A stretch of 62,378 nt of DNA, the filler included, from Ionaspis alba (Eukaryota): the NCBI GenBank assembly GCA_964255285.1. It is 22 parts of 22 records of this genome, joined end to end, with 100 filler letters (N's around TTAATTAATTAA, not from the genome) between each part and the next. Parts side by side here need not be neighbours in the genome. Positions count along the whole stretch, not along the records: positions 35,165 to 37,879 come from CAXUUL010001260.1; positions 37,980 to 40,680 come from CAXUUL010001261.1; positions 40,781 to 43,480 come from CAXUUL010001262.1; positions 43,581 to 46,275 come from CAXUUL010001263.1; positions 46,376 to 49,065 come from CAXUUL010001264.1; 17 more parts are not named here. One strand, given 5' to 3'. Positions 35,917 through 48,208 of the stretch are shown in pieces. The translations under genes were made by a program, and so were the position numbers. How positions within the stretch are numbered: the stretch's first letter is position 1; the number at the start of each line of letters is the position of its first letter. The notes below the pieces were generated by a model. That model did no database searches and was not told where the DNA came from. It was given only the letters and a program-made list of their open reading frames with translations.

Positions 35917-37869
35917 CTAACAAATAGCATGAGTCTATTACAGTCAGTGATATGCCCATCCCCAAGGTGGTAGTAAAGACATACCTTCCCGCTCTTCCCT
36001 TGCAGCGAATGCTTCTCCTGCTTGTATGCTGGATGATTGTGCTTGGACTTTCCGCTGGCCGTTGCATGCTTCTTCACATGACTAGAAATAGCGTCAGTCA
36101 CGACAAAAACACAGCATGGAGATGTGACCGACGAAGTATGCTCCTCCAACTTCTTCTGATCCATTCCCTTGAGAGTCTCAACAGCCAATTTGATATCGGC
36201 TACCAAAGAATCGCAACGACTTCTGCTAAAGTCCTCCCGAACAACAACTCTCATGAGCTTGAGCTTTTCACTGTGAGGGGCCATTGTGTAGGCCGGGACG
36301 ATCCATCCTCTTTCTCGAAGCTGATGCGCTACCGCAAATTCGTCAAATTGGTGCTTGTGCTTGGGATCTAGTCTGAAAGCCACGAGTGGGAGACCTTCAC
36401 CTTTGCCCTTGCTGCGAAGTGCGTCAGCTAAGCCCCGCTCATTACACCTTATGCCATACCTCAGAATGATGAAACCCATCTGCTGCAGACAAGCAGAGAG
36501 ATAATCAGCGGTACGTGTGAGATTCTTCATGATGGCTCGGTATCCGCTCTTGCCAAGGCGAATGAACTGGTAATACTGTCCAAGTACTTGGCTAGCACCT
36601 TTGGAAAAGTTGAGTGTGAAGGAGGCTTGATCTGCACCAAGGTAGTTGATGTTGAATACTAGCTCTTTTGGCAGGTACTCTATAACAATTAGTCGACGAT
36701 CGTAGTAGCCACATAGACGAGCTGCACATACCAGGCGAGCGCCAGATCACCCAGCCAACACCAGGATAAACCTAGGCTCCGTCAGTCTCCAGACAGTAAT
36801 TCATGGCGACAGATGCAGTTACCAAGCCATATTTGTGGCCCGACACGTTGATTGAAATGACTTTCTCGAGGCGGAAGTCCCATTCCAAGTCTGGCACAAC
36901 GAAAGGAGCAACGAAGCCTCCACTTGCGGCGTCGACATGGATAGGGCAGTCGATATTTCTCTTGATGAGCAGATCATTGATAGCCTTAACGTCCTCATAT
37001 TCACCGGTATAGGTAGTTCCAATAATGGCGCAGATACCTACATAGATTGATTAGCGGCTGGCACTATGCTACCACGATTCGACGAAGCTTACCGATTGTA
37101 TTTTCATCCACAAGATTGACAGCCTCCTCGGGATCTATGACATACCTCTTCTCAGTACAGTAGACATATTTCTCCTCGACTTCGAAGTATCGTGCAGCCT
37201 TCTCCCAGCAGACCTGTACGGCGGAATTCATGACAATGTTTGGCTTCGAATAATCCTTGCCAGCGGCCTTCCTCTTGTTTTGCCAACGCTTCTTCATTGC
37301 AAGAGTCCCGAGCATGATGGCTTCACTGCTTCCAACAGTACTGGAGACGTCTTTTAGAAACGCTACTTGATCTCCTACAGGAAATGACTGACCTGGTACC
37401 CATTGCATTGTCGTCGTCAGAATGTGTAGGCGCGTGGTAGAGACGTGCCAGCATGGCACAGCATCGATTTTGAATGTCCGCGGTCTGCGGATATTCCTCG
37501 TAGTCGATGAAGTTCTTACTCAGGGCATCTGTCATAAGATCTTCTGCCTCCTTTTCCATATACGTGGTGACGAAGCTGCTTGAGATCAGTATGGACAAGC
37601 TAGGGTAGAAGAGCGGTCTACCTTGCAAGATTGAGGGTCGGATTGCCATCCAAGCTAAGGTGGTCTTTGATCATACGGTAGGCAATCTCCTTTGGCATTT
37701 CTCCGTCGGGCATGCAATGGTTCGGGAGCTCACAGCCTGCGAATCTTGAACCATAAACGGAAGCGGTGATTTCCTCTTCGGGAGGTTCCTCGAATTTGAC
37801 ATTCTGCAAGCCATCCACCAGTGGTGCTTTGACTTCGCTATCATTAGGGATGCTGGCTAGGTGCACCAT
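35917..37869 (-). CDS. GAD1: Glutamate decarboxylase (PLP-dependent, group II)
   Basis: Complete nine-exon gene with eight GT-AG introns that splice in frame. [28 protein letters not shown] lysine motif [10 protein letters not shown]; ends THAIC*. Confidence 0.96.
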
Positions 37870-39335
37870 CGTGACTTTTNNNNNNNNNNNNNNNNNNNNN
37901 NNNNNNNNNNNNNNNNNNNNNNNTTAATTAATTAANNNNNNNNNNNNNNNNNNNNNNNNNNNNNNNNNNNNNNNNNNNNTGATACTAGAGTGGAAGGATT
38001 TGGGTTGGTACTTAGTTGCATCAAGTAGGCATAGCACGCTTGGATTGCGAGATCTCTCGCCATAGAGCTTTGAATAGACGATTTTAACGATTATCAGAAG
38101 TTCATCTAAGTTCTCGGACCAGTACACTTGGTTGGAAGCAATTGTGATATGAGAGACTTCAATATTATCATACCCTGAACTGAAAGCCCAGTGCCCTTAT
38201 AATGCGAAAAGAAATCCAGCATCAAAGCCTCGGAACGATTCATCATTTATGCTTGCGTTGGATCGTGCTTCCACTCGATGGAGTCCGTTCTGATAACTTT
38301 CGCAACAAGTCGTATCTGGATGATCTCAGATAAGGTGCTGAAAAGAGAACCCGGAAATCTTCACGACTTTCCTTGTTAGCGGCCCTCAATTCCGCACAGA
38401 GGATCTATGTTCGGGAGTTCCGGATAGCTTAATGATTACGAATGTTTCCTTCATATGTACAGATCTCTCTTGCTCGCATCATTAGCCCTGTCATACTTAT
38501 ATTGGATCATCGAGACCATCATGGAGATCACAACCCTTCGACCCATCGGCTGTGCCCCGTCCCTCCACATCTTTCTCGACCGTCCCATGTCATGCCATCT
38601 AGTGGCTTGCACAAGAGGGAAGTTTTCAGCTACGCCGCAGCCAATGATCTACATTTCGGCCCATAAACTAGGGCGATGTCAAATCGATCCTGGGAGAAAT
38701 GACGTCAATGCGTCGACATTGGTAATACATTCGTGCTCAGGCTCCAATAATAATGCCATCCATCTATGAACTGCAGGATTGAGGATGAGAGACAGCAGTG
38801 GCACGATTGAAGAAGGTGAAATACATACTCATAGCGTATTGGTTGGATAGATTACTGCACTTTAGAGCAAAGGCTCTATGACTCCACATACTGAAGTTCT
38901 CCTTCACCACCATCAATCTTGTGCTACGGAGCACAGATGCCTAATGCAACCGATTTGACAGGCTACCTCCGACGTCAATCGGACAGCCACCTACACACCA
39001 GGTGTCCCCGCCGCTACCATGCAATCCCAGAAGAAGAAGGCGACGAGAGGCGTCAGCTAGAGGAAAACTCCAGGAAAGGAACAAGATGTGGACACACCAT
39101 TACATACTCCATTTATATGCCTAGATGCGCCTCAATTCTACTTAGTGACGGGATGTCATCATGCGTACCTTGCAGTAGACCATTATTACTACTTACGTCG
39201 AGCTCTCTTCTGGTTCTTTCAATTGACTTTCAGACCTACATTGCAGCTGCATTTGTATAACCATCTCTTGCTTCATTTGTATTATTTGGCACTGGAACAT
39301 CTGCAAGTCGTTATCTGCCCAAGCGCACCACACAA

Positions 39336-40680
39336 ATGTCGTCCCTCATGTCGAACACAATGTCTATGCCACGAAGTCCCCAAGTAGGACCTGACAAGAG
39401 ATTCCTGTGGGCTCGACCCAAAATATCGAAGATGGCTTCCGGCAAAAGCCACAAGGTCTCCTTCTCGGGCTCCTCCAAATCCAGCCATGACCAAGGCCCA
39501 TCAGATACCTCAAACTCCTCAAGATCATCTTCTCCCTCACAAACGACACCTTCTGCAGCCTTATGGTCACCTCGTCCCCAACTCCAACGCGAACCAACCC
39601 AAAATTGGCTGCACATAAACCGAAAGAGCGAAGCCCTATGGCAGTAAGCATTTCCACCTCCCTCTACCCGCCAAAACCTAACCCATTACTAACACCTAGC
39701 CACAGAGAAAATATCCCCTCTCCGACCTCCCCTCTCCCGCGCCCCTTCCTAATCTACCACCCCTCCTTCCTCCACATCCTCGGCGCCAACCCAACCCTCT
39801 CCCTCCTCCTGCACGACCCGCGCGGAGCCTATTTCCACGAAGCCGGGATCTACCTCTCGGCCACAAAAACTCTCTTCCTAACCTCGAACCTTCTCCCGGA
39901 CTCCTCCCCCCTCGCCGCGTCCTCCGCCCAAAAAACAACTCTCATAACAAAACTAACCTTCCACACCCCCACCGACTTCACGCGTGACAAAGTCCGCACA
40001 CCCGACCGCTCCTACCTCCCGAACGGCGGCTGCTACCACCCCCAAACCGGCGCCCTCATCTTCTGCGCGCAAGGCTCCCGCTCCGAGCCCGCAGCCCTCA
40101 TATCCATGTCCCCTCGGGCCCCGCACCGAACCAGCACCCTGCTCAACAATTTCCACGGACGGCCATTCAACAGCCCCAACGACGTCATCGCCACCAAAGA
40201 CGGCGCGCTGTGGTTCACAGACCCCATCTACGGCCACGAGCAAGGTTTCCGCCCTCCCCCCCAGCTACCGCAGCACGTCTACCGCTTCGATCCCGCAACC
40301 GGCGACATCCGCGTCGTGGCGGACGGGTTTGGCCGCCCCAATGGCATCTGCTTCGCCCCGGACGAGCGCACGGTGTATATCACAGACACGGATTTCATCC
40401 ACGGCGACGGCTCCACCGACCCGACACGGGCCGCTACCATCTACGCATTCACGCTCTTCCGGGTTCCTGTGTCGAATGATCCTACTGCGGCACCGGCGCC
40501 CTTTTTGACGAATAAGCGCGTCTTTGCGTACGTGGATTCGGGGGCGCCGGATGGGATTAAGTGTGATACGCAGGGGAATGTGTATGCGGGGTGTGGAGAT
40601 GGGGTTAATGTGTGGAATCCAGGGGGGACGTTGATAGGCAAGGTGCTGGTTGAGGGCGGCGTGGCGAATTTTTGTTGGGG
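39336..40680 (+). CDS. SMP-30/gluconolactonase/LRE-family lactonohydrolase, 3'-truncated
   Basis: Intron 39644-39705. FHEAG, PNGG, NNFHGRPFNSPNDV, WFTDP.YG, RPNGICF.PD, PDGIKCD..GNVY beta-propeller motifs. Start codon uncertain (39336, 39360 or 39432). Confidence 0.88.
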
Positions 40681-41481
40681 NNNNNNNNNNNNNNNNNNNN
40701 NNNNNNNNNNNNNNNNNNNNNNNNTTAATTAATTAANNNNNNNNNNNNNNNNNNNNNNNNNNNNNNNNNNNNNNNNNNNNACCATAGTGGTGTGTTGTTA
40801 GCTGTGACAAAGAAAGGTGCTGGCAAGTGCTTTGGGAGTGGGAAGAAGATAGACAGGATTCGGCAACGAAGGAAGATTTTTGGGGTTGTCGTCGTCGAGT
40901 GTTGACCCTTATTGTAGTCGGTGCTTACGTAGCTATTGAAGAACATATTGACATTATTCTATGCATTAAAATATCAAGTTGACCTATTGACAGTCGTAGA
41001 ACAATAGAGCACTCTCAATACTGTGGAGCTTAGTATAATACATGATATGGTATTGGCTCTTATATACACTACTGTACAGCACGTATGTCTTGGTTGCACT
41101 ATTGTGATGCAAAGGGAAATGAGGAGAAGCCTTTCAACATATTTGGGGCCTCCAGCTGTGAATATGGTTCTACCTAAAGCCCTACACGCAAGGAAGATAT
41201 TCAACTCTGTGTGCTCTCATATATATCTTTTCTTTCTCGATGCATTGGGCCTTTCTGTCGTGGAAGATATCAAAGAAGAACGTAGTTCAGAATCTCGAAC
41301 CAATTGCCCAATCACCGTATATCGCTTGCAACCGATCTCCCTCGCTAATCTACACCTCCGGACGCCACAACCGTTTCCATTCTGAGACGACTCAGGACTC
41401 CACCTCGCTCCTATTTGCGTGTTCGTTCTTTACCATCTCAATTGACATACAACTCTTCACGAGTTGACTCTACTCTTCAAA

Positions 41482-42059
41482 ATGCGTTTTATCTTCTCTC
41501 TCCTTGCCCTCCCCCTCATTCTGTCCACCACCTTCGCCGCCGACAATGCTGCCGAACCTAAAGTCCTGACCGAATATACACATACCGTGACTTGCACGCG
41601 CAAGTCCAAGCGCGGTGACAAGGTCGATGTCCATTACCGTGGGACGCTTGCGAGCACTGGAAAGCAATTCGACGCTAGCTACGACCGCGGACAGCCACTA
41701 TCATTTGTGGTTGGGCAAGGGGCTGTCATTAAAGGGTACGTGTTGCGTGTTGCGTTTCATTGGCCATCGGACAAGGTTGATAGAGAATGAGCCTGTCATC
41801 AGAGTGGCTTGCTAATGCGAGTAAATCTCCCAGATGGGACGAAGGTCTTCTGGATATGTGCATCGGTGACAAGCGGAAACTGACCATTCCGCCGGAGTTC
41901 GGGTACGGCCAGAGAGCCATGGGACCAATCCCGGCTGGGAGCACTTTAGGTTTGTCTTGCCCACATTTCGGCATTGGAAGTGACTGTGCTGACCCATCGG
42001 CTGTAGTCTTTGAGACAGAGTTGATGGGTATCGAAGGTGTGAAGAAGGATGAGCTATAG
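41482..42059 (+). CDS. FPR2: ER-luminal FK506-binding peptidyl-prolyl isomerase (FKBP13/Fpr2 type)
   Basis: Signal peptide; VHYRGTL...[10 protein letters not shown]...[29 protein letters not shown]...|VFETEL; introns 41736-41833 and 41950-42006; C-terminal KDEL. Confidence 0.95.
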
Positions 42060-42316
42060 ATTTCTGTCCTTGAAGGGCCATTCTGTTGATAGGCACGACG
42101 TAAAACAAGAGTGATAGGTATACTCTTCGGAGATCTCATGAGTAGATTTGGCACGTGAGAGCGGGATAAACAAAACCACTCTTTGCTCATCAATGGTCTA
42201 TCATATATCATGATTTATCTTGCATGCCTCCACATGAACGCTCCTGCACCAGACTCCGTCTTTGGTATTAGAATTATCGTCAAAGTACCAAATTCTTCGC
42301 ATCGCTCCTCATTCCA

Positions 42317-43411
42317 TCAATCCATCTCCTCTAAGTCAAGCTCTCCTTGCCCCTTGCTCCCGGCCTCGTCCCCATCTCCAACCATAATGCCCACCAAACA
42401 TTCCCCCAAGATCCCCTCCCAGTTGACCCAAGGATGTACCTCCCCAAACAGCCGCTCCGCCTCCCCCATTTTCCCGGCGCCCCTCATCAGCTCCCCCTTC
42501 CCACCTGGGTGAAACTCGAGATAAGGGGTCACATTGTAAACCTTACCCTGCCACGTACTCCACGCATCTCTTCCCTTTCTACCATCGTGTTTTCGAAGCA
42601 GCGACGGCGTAATGCGGATGAGATGTTGTGGGAGCTGGGCACCACGCAGGAAAGTGGGTGTGGGTGGGTTAGAGGTCAGGTGCGCCCAGTCGAGAGGGGA
42701 GTGGCCGGGCGTTAGGATGACTTTGCGGGAGGGCCGTTTGGCCGCAGGGAGGATTGAGGCCGTGGCAGGGAGAGATGAGGTCTTCGGAGCCGAGAGGCTC
42801 GAGGGTGGTATGCGCAGGCTTGATGCTGCGGAGGGCGGCGGGTTGAGAGGGTTTGCGGTCTTAGGAAGTGGACGCAGAGCGGAAGGCCGTAGGGGTGGAG
42901 GCATTAGCAGAGTCGATGGTGCGTTCCGGGCTGTTTTTGGTTTAGGAAGTGGTCGAGCTGCAGGTAGTGAGGTGGCGGGAGAGCTCGTAGGCTCAGGGTT
43001 CGTGTCTTTACTCAGAGTTACGGATCGTTGAGGCTGTGGAACAATGCGCTTGCTAGACCCTTTTGCTCTCGTGTGCCTATCTCCCATATTCTCGTCACCG
43101 CTATCTAAGGCAATGCTGGGGAAAACGTCTCGTGCCTGTGGATGCTGGGGTCTAGCCTTCGGCGTCGTTGCTGGCGAAGCATCATCGGATCTTTGCGCAT
43201 CGGCTACTATATCTTCTGCAAGTATACCGCCAATCGAAGTCGTCTTCTTGTCGACTGAATGGGTCCGCAAGATTTCCTCGCCATGTTCTCGCGCGGGCTC
43301 GATTTCTCTCCCCCGCCATCGATCGATAAGTCTCTGCCACCTCGGGGGTGAGCGCGCAAGCACGAAAAACGTGAAGGAAGCAACTAGTATTCCGAGTCCT
43401 ACGAGGACCAT
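42317..43411 (-). CDS. Cytochrome b5-like heme-binding protein, Irc21-like, with N-terminal TM
   Basis: KVILTPGHSPLDWA, GKVYNVTPYLEFHPGG, HPWVNWEGIL..CLVG; probable ATG 43411. Confidence 0.85.
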   Translation of the reverse strand: MVLVGLGILVASFTFFVLARSPPRWQRLIDRWRGREIEPAREHGEEILRTHSVDKKTTSIGGILAEDIVADAQRSDDASPATTPKARPQHPQARDVFPSIALDSGDENMGDRHTRAKGSSKRIVPQPQRSVTLSKDTNPEPTSSPATSLPAARPLPKPKTARNAPSTLLMPPPLRPSALRPLPKTANPLNPPPSAASSLRIPPSSLSAPKTSSLPATASILPAAKRPSRKVILTPGHSPLDWAHLTSNPPTPTFLRGAQLPQHLIRITPSLLRKHDGRKGRDAWSTWQGKVYNVTPYLEFHPGGKGELMRGAGKMGEAERLFGEVHPWVNWEGILGECLVGIMVGDGDEAGSKGQGELDLEEMD

Positions 43412-43580
43412 GACAAGGTGACGAAAGACAACGGTTGACGGTGGCACGGGTGGCTGAATAAACCATGGGATTATGCTACCNNNNNNNNNNNNNNNNNNNN
43501 NNNNNNNNNNNNNNNNNNNNNNNNTTAATTAATTAANNNNNNNNNNNNNNNNNNNNNNNNNNNNNNNNNNNNNNNNNNNN

Positions 43581-44256
43581 AGAAGTGACAAGCTCAATGT
43601 CTTGGTCAATAATGCTGGCATTATGGCCGCTCCCGAAGGCCTCAAAACTGCCGATGGTTTCGATGCTCAATTTGGCACGAATCATTTGGCGCATTTTTTG
43701 TTCTTCTGAATGGTGAGAAATACTATGCTGGCCTCCTCCACCCCACAGTTCCAGCCACGCGCTGTCAATGTGTCTTCTTCAGGTCACCTTGCTGGCGAAG
43801 TACAATTTGGAAACTATGGCTTTGAAAGTGGTAACTACAGTCCTTGGGCAGGCTACGGACAATCCAAGACAGCAAACATCTACATGACGAACGAGATAGA
43901 AAACCGGTACGGGGCGAAGGGACTCCATGGGCTCTCACTTCATCCTGGTGGTATCTGGACTGGACTGCAGAAGTTCGTTTCAGAAGAGACAATGAACCAG
44001 TGGAAAAATCGACCGAACATTGACAAGATAATGAAAAGCCCCGAGCAAGGTGCTGCCACGTCGGTATTGGCTGCAGTGGGTAAGAAGTACGATGGGACGG
44101 GAAGACTTTATTTGGAGGATTGCGATACGGCGGAGGCCGCCACAGCAACCGCCAGCACGGCTGGAAGCCAAGGCTAGTGCATATGCCTTTGATAAGGAGA
44201 AGGAGGCGCAACTATGGACAGACTCTTTGAAGATGGTCGGATTGTCCGAGGAGTGA
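43581..44256 (+). pseudogene. Short-chain dehydrogenase (retinol-DH/WWOX-like) pseudogene, 5'-truncated
   Basis: LVNNAGIMA...[17 protein letters not shown] and the YGQSK catalytic motif are intact. There is an in-frame TGA at 43707-43709 and a frameshift at about 44175 that moves AYAFDKEKEAQLWTDSLKMVG into another frame. Confidence 0.8.
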
Positions 44257-44624
44257 ATGAAGGCTTCTTCAACATGAGGCGCTCTCACTACCATCATTGT
44301 ACTTACGCGACGAGATCCATGCATTCTCGGAAACACTTAACATTCATTCGGTCCCGTAGCAAAATTAATGTATTAATTATACACGGTAGTATTCAGCCCT
44401 GACTTCAGGATAAGCGTCAAGGCTTCGTCGACCTTGCGGCAGTGGTAGGCTATATGATCATAGCCCTCCCGACGCTTTAGCAGAGTTGTTGTGCCGGCAG
44501 TGACGGATAGGGTAAGAGCATGGCATCCCCTATGTAATCTGAAGTTGAACCAGACAAGCCTTGGTAGTTCAGAGAGAGCTTGCAAGTAATCCTTGAGCAT
44601 AAAATACTCTCGGGATAATTACCA

Positions 44625-46163
44625 TCAGTCGTCCACTCCTTCTCCTATAGCAGCCTGCTTAAGTGCGAGATCTCCGCGTAGACTTTGGATTTTGACATTG
44701 AGTTTATTTTTCAGAATTGGATTGGTCAGCCTGTTAAGTTCGACGAGTTGACCTTGGATTGCCGCTTGGAGGTCTTCAATCTCTTCTCGCTGTCGTTGCA
44801 GATCAGCCTGTTGCTCAAGCACAGCTTCGTCGACCTCGCTCTCCACATCAGCATCTTCGTCGGAACCACTGTCATCGTCCCCACTGTCATCTCTCCCGGG
44901 TGTTTCGACATTTGGAGTTGCAGCCTCGGAATCCGAGTTTATCTGCATCTCCATGGAACTAACAGGGGCTGTCACGGATGTCGCGCTCGCCGAGGCCGCT
45001 TCAGCATCGTTTTCCATCATCGCTTTTTCGAGATCGGCCTCTAACTCGTCCTGATCCATCTCAAATGCCTCAGGATAGGCTCCCATATCTTCATCGCCTT
45101 CCGCATCCTGCTCTCCATATTGTTCTTCGCCCTGCAAGCCGTAGCCAACCTCTTCCTCGCTCTCCCTCGCGCTCTGACCCTTGCTGAGGCGATCTAGATC
45201 AAGCATCTCATATTTGCTTTCGTTTGATTGTTCATCCATTGCCAGAAGTCTCTCTACCTCCTGTTCGACGGCTTCGATAGTCTTGTTACTCACCCTCTTT
45301 CGGAACCTCCGCTTCCTTACCCATCTCATAGGAGGTGTCAAACCATGCGCGTACTGGTACGTAGTCTTGTCAAGCTCTCTCACTGGAAGCGGATACTCTA
45401 ATGCCTCAGCTTCACTTTTGACAGGGCCGAGAACCAGGAGCATCTGACAAATATCAGCGGTCTTCCACCATCCTCTTCTATCCCAGCTCTTCATGGCCTC
45501 GACAACACAAGGTAGGTCAACAAGAGTCGCGGCGTAAATATGTCCGCGAATAATCAAGACTGCTCTTCTGCCTTGTGACTGTAGAAACTTGAGTCGAATA
45601 TCTGCACCTCCTTGCATCTTTGGACCCCATCTATTCTCCTCGATTGCCCTCCGTAAGTACTCACAATCGTCGCCAGGTTGCATGCGGAGAATAAATTCTT
45701 CTTCAATAGCTGGGTCGATCTCGCGATCCGAGGCTTCGCTGTCATATCCTACACCAAGAGGGCGATGAGGTGGCTTGCCTTTGGCCCTCATCTTGATGAA
45801 AGGTGTGGTTGGAGTTCTCGAGCTCAATTTGAGCTTGAGACTGGCTGTCGGTAGAGCAGGGGATGGTTTCCCGACAGTGCCAACATCACTGGCGCCTGTA
45901 CCATTGTCCCTCTTCCGCTTCTTTCCTGTCGATAGCTGAGATGGACGTTCTTTCTTCGCTTTCTTGGGTTTCGATGCCGTGGCTACACTAGCTACGGGGA
46001 GCTGAGGCGCTTCAGTAGTTTTCGGCGTAGACGAGAACTTGAGTTTGATCTTTGGAGTAGTTGTCGTTGTGCTTGAAGGTGTAGCTACGGCTGGGGTATT
46101 ATTCGGCGCCGGAGGAGGACCTGAGGCCGATAGCTTGAGCTTTAGAGTCGGCCGTTGAGACAT
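44625..46163 (-). CDS. TAF7: TFIID subunit TAF7 (TAFII55 N-domain)
   Basis: GYDSEASDREIDPAIEEEFILRM, YAATLVDLPCVVE, KTADICQML, HGLTPPMRWVRKRRFRKR; acidic region and C-terminal coiled coil. Confidence 0.95.
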   Translation of the reverse strand: MSQRPTLKLKLSASGPPPAPNNTPAVATPSSTTTTTPKIKLKFSSTPKTTEAPQLPVASVATASKPKKAKKERPSQLSTGKKRKRDNGTGASDVGTVGKPSPALPTASLKLKLSSRTPTTPFIKMRAKGKPPHRPLGVGYDSEASDREIDPAIEEEFILRMQPGDDCEYLRRAIEENRWGPKMQGGADIRLKFLQSQGRRAVLIIRGHIYAATLVDLPCVVEAMKSWDRRGWWKTADICQMLLVLGPVKSEAEALEYPLPVRELDKTTYQYAHGLTPPMRWVRKRRFRKRVSNKTIEAVEQEVERLLAMDEQSNESKYEMLDLDRLSKGQSARESEEEVGYGLQGEEQYGEQDAEGDEDMGAYPEAFEMDQDELEADLEKAMMENDAEAASASATSVTAPVSSMEMQINSDSEAATPNVETPGRDDSGDDDSGSDEDADVESEVDEAVLEQQADLQRQREEIEDLQAAIQGQLVELNRLTNPILKNKLNVKIQSLRGDLALKQAAIGEGVDD

Positions 46164-46375
46164 TTTTTTGATATTCCAGAGATTCAGCTAGATGAGAAGG
46201 GAGGTCTCGAAGATTACCATGTCAGCGGATCGCCGTTGATGGTCAGGCTGTTGTGATGATTGAATAACGGTGTTGNNNNNNNNNNNNNNNNNNNNNNNNN
46301 NNNNNNNNNNNNNNNNNNNTTAATTAATTAANNNNNNNNNNNNNNNNNNNNNNNNNNNNNNNNNNNNNNNNNNNN

Positions 46376-47118
46376 TACTCTTTCTACATTTTCGACCGTC
46401 ATGGTACGTTTCTCTTCTTCCGTTGCCGCGCCCCAGCTGTCCACTGCTAATCAGATTCTCAGCGGAATGCGTCTACAAAAAGAAATGGATCCCACCATCC
46501 ACACTCAAACCGCCGGATATCATCAATGGCGCTCCCAAAGGACGCGTGCTGAGCGCAGAAGATGATGCGAAGCTGATCTTTGGGACGATCTTCTCGCTCA
46601 GGAATATGGTGAGGAAGCTTGGGGGGCCGGAAGATAAGTACGTTTCGGGAATACAACCCAAGTCCTTTCTAGTGGGATTGTAGAGGAGGTCCGGAAAAGG
46701 GAGGGTGATGAGATTGGGCGAGGAAGCTGATGTGTATCCGAATAGCTTTATCTCCTACCGAACAGGGCATTACAAGCTACACTACTACGAGACGCCTACT
46801 TCTTTAAAGTTCGTGATGGTTACGGACACGAAGACGAATAATTTGCGGATTGTGCTGCATCAGATTTACGTGGGGCTGTATGTGGAGTACGGTATGTTTG
46901 GGCTGGGGGTGAGGCCTTCTTCAACAGACCGTGGATGCTGATCAATTATAGTGGTCAAGAATCCTTTGTCGCCAGTGGAACATACGGGTGGCGTCGGGGT
47001 CAATTGCGAGACATTTGAACTTGGCTTGGAGCAATTCATTGTGAGGATCAACGCTTCTCTGTTTCTCGAGACAAAAGGCTTACTAGTTCTGTTGTAGAGT
47101 GGGACTTTGCAAGGATGA
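46376..47118 (+). CDS. BET5: TRAPP complex subunit Bet5/TRAPPC1, missing first codons
   Basis: YSFYIFDRH|AEC...DDAKLIFGTIFSLRNMVRKL...YRTGHYKLHYYETPT...LYVEY|VVKNPL; introns 46404-46462, 46638-46745, 46892-46951 and 47041-47097 (last acceptor less certain). Confidence 0.92.
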
Positions 47119-47195
47119 GATATTCCTTGCTGTACAGCTTGAGTTGGCTGACCAAAAGACGTCCACAATAAAACAGGACGCAGAATAGCCGAAGC

Positions 47196-48208
47196 TCAAT
47201 AGAAGGACTCCACCATCGTATCCTTATGCGTGGTGTTGATCTCACTTGGCCCCATACCCTCGCCCAGCCGAAAGACACTCTCGATCACACTCAGTTCCGT
47301 CGCCGTTGTGTCCAGTCCTGTCACAGCCATCCAATCATTCACCACCATACCTGCACCAACAACCGGCGAGCCCCGGTTCACACTTCCAGCGACTAGCGGT
47401 ACTTGCAGGAGACTTGAAAGCTCATCTTGATCTTGAATCGAAGTTTTCGGATGCACGATACCACCTTGGTTTGAAAGAGACATATATGATCCGGTCAGGA
47501 CATTGTCAGCGATGGTTTGGCGGAAGACCTCAACTCCGAGGACATCGGCGATTCTGGAGAGGATGCTTGTCAGGACCGCATAAGCTCGTGGCATTGCAAA
47601 TCACCCGCACTCACATCTCTTCCGTTTCCCTTTCGATATCAGGATGCACCAGAGCCACGTGGTCATTACAACATATGACATTGCCAAGCGCTGATAATCG
47701 CTCTTCTATCCTCTGGATCTTGACATTATCTGGAATGGAATTTCGCAGATGTTGCAGTTCCTGGTCGGTTGTGGAGGTTGGGACGAGAAGACCTTTGCGA
47801 TTTCTTCAAAGTCAAGCTGTCAGCATTCTGTGTGATGCGCTTCGTTACACAGGATCAAGTGGGGCATATCATACCCGGCAGTCAGCCTTCCAACTATCCT
47901 AGTTCCTGCGATTGTGGCATGGCATATTGGGATGACGTCCTGTAGCTCTGCTTCGAAGACACTGTTGAGATAGATTTCAATGTCAGCCAAGTCATTTCAC
48001 ATGCTTACATCTTTGTGACTATGCTCCATACCTATAGAAGTTCTCTGAGGCGCCAATGGCGACAATGGCGTATGAGTTTGTGAGTGTAGAGAAGACACCG
48101 ACTCTGGGGAGACACGATCTTTGTCAGTCTAAAGTACTAGGAGCTGGTGGGGTGTATGGAGGGGTAAATCTACTCATTCGAATTTTCGAATTGTGCGCGT
48201 ACAGCCAT
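47196..48208 (-). CDS. TIF6: Translation initiation factor eIF6
   Basis: [16 protein letters not shown]...; introns 48104-48173, 47962-48031, 47804-47874 and 47554-47614; [28 protein letters not shown]. Confidence 0.97.

Noticed and set aside
43707..43709. In-frame TGA as selenocysteine or programmed readthrough
   Set aside because: Dikarya are not known to have Sec machinery, the position is not a catalytic Cys site, and a second lesion points to pseudogenisation.
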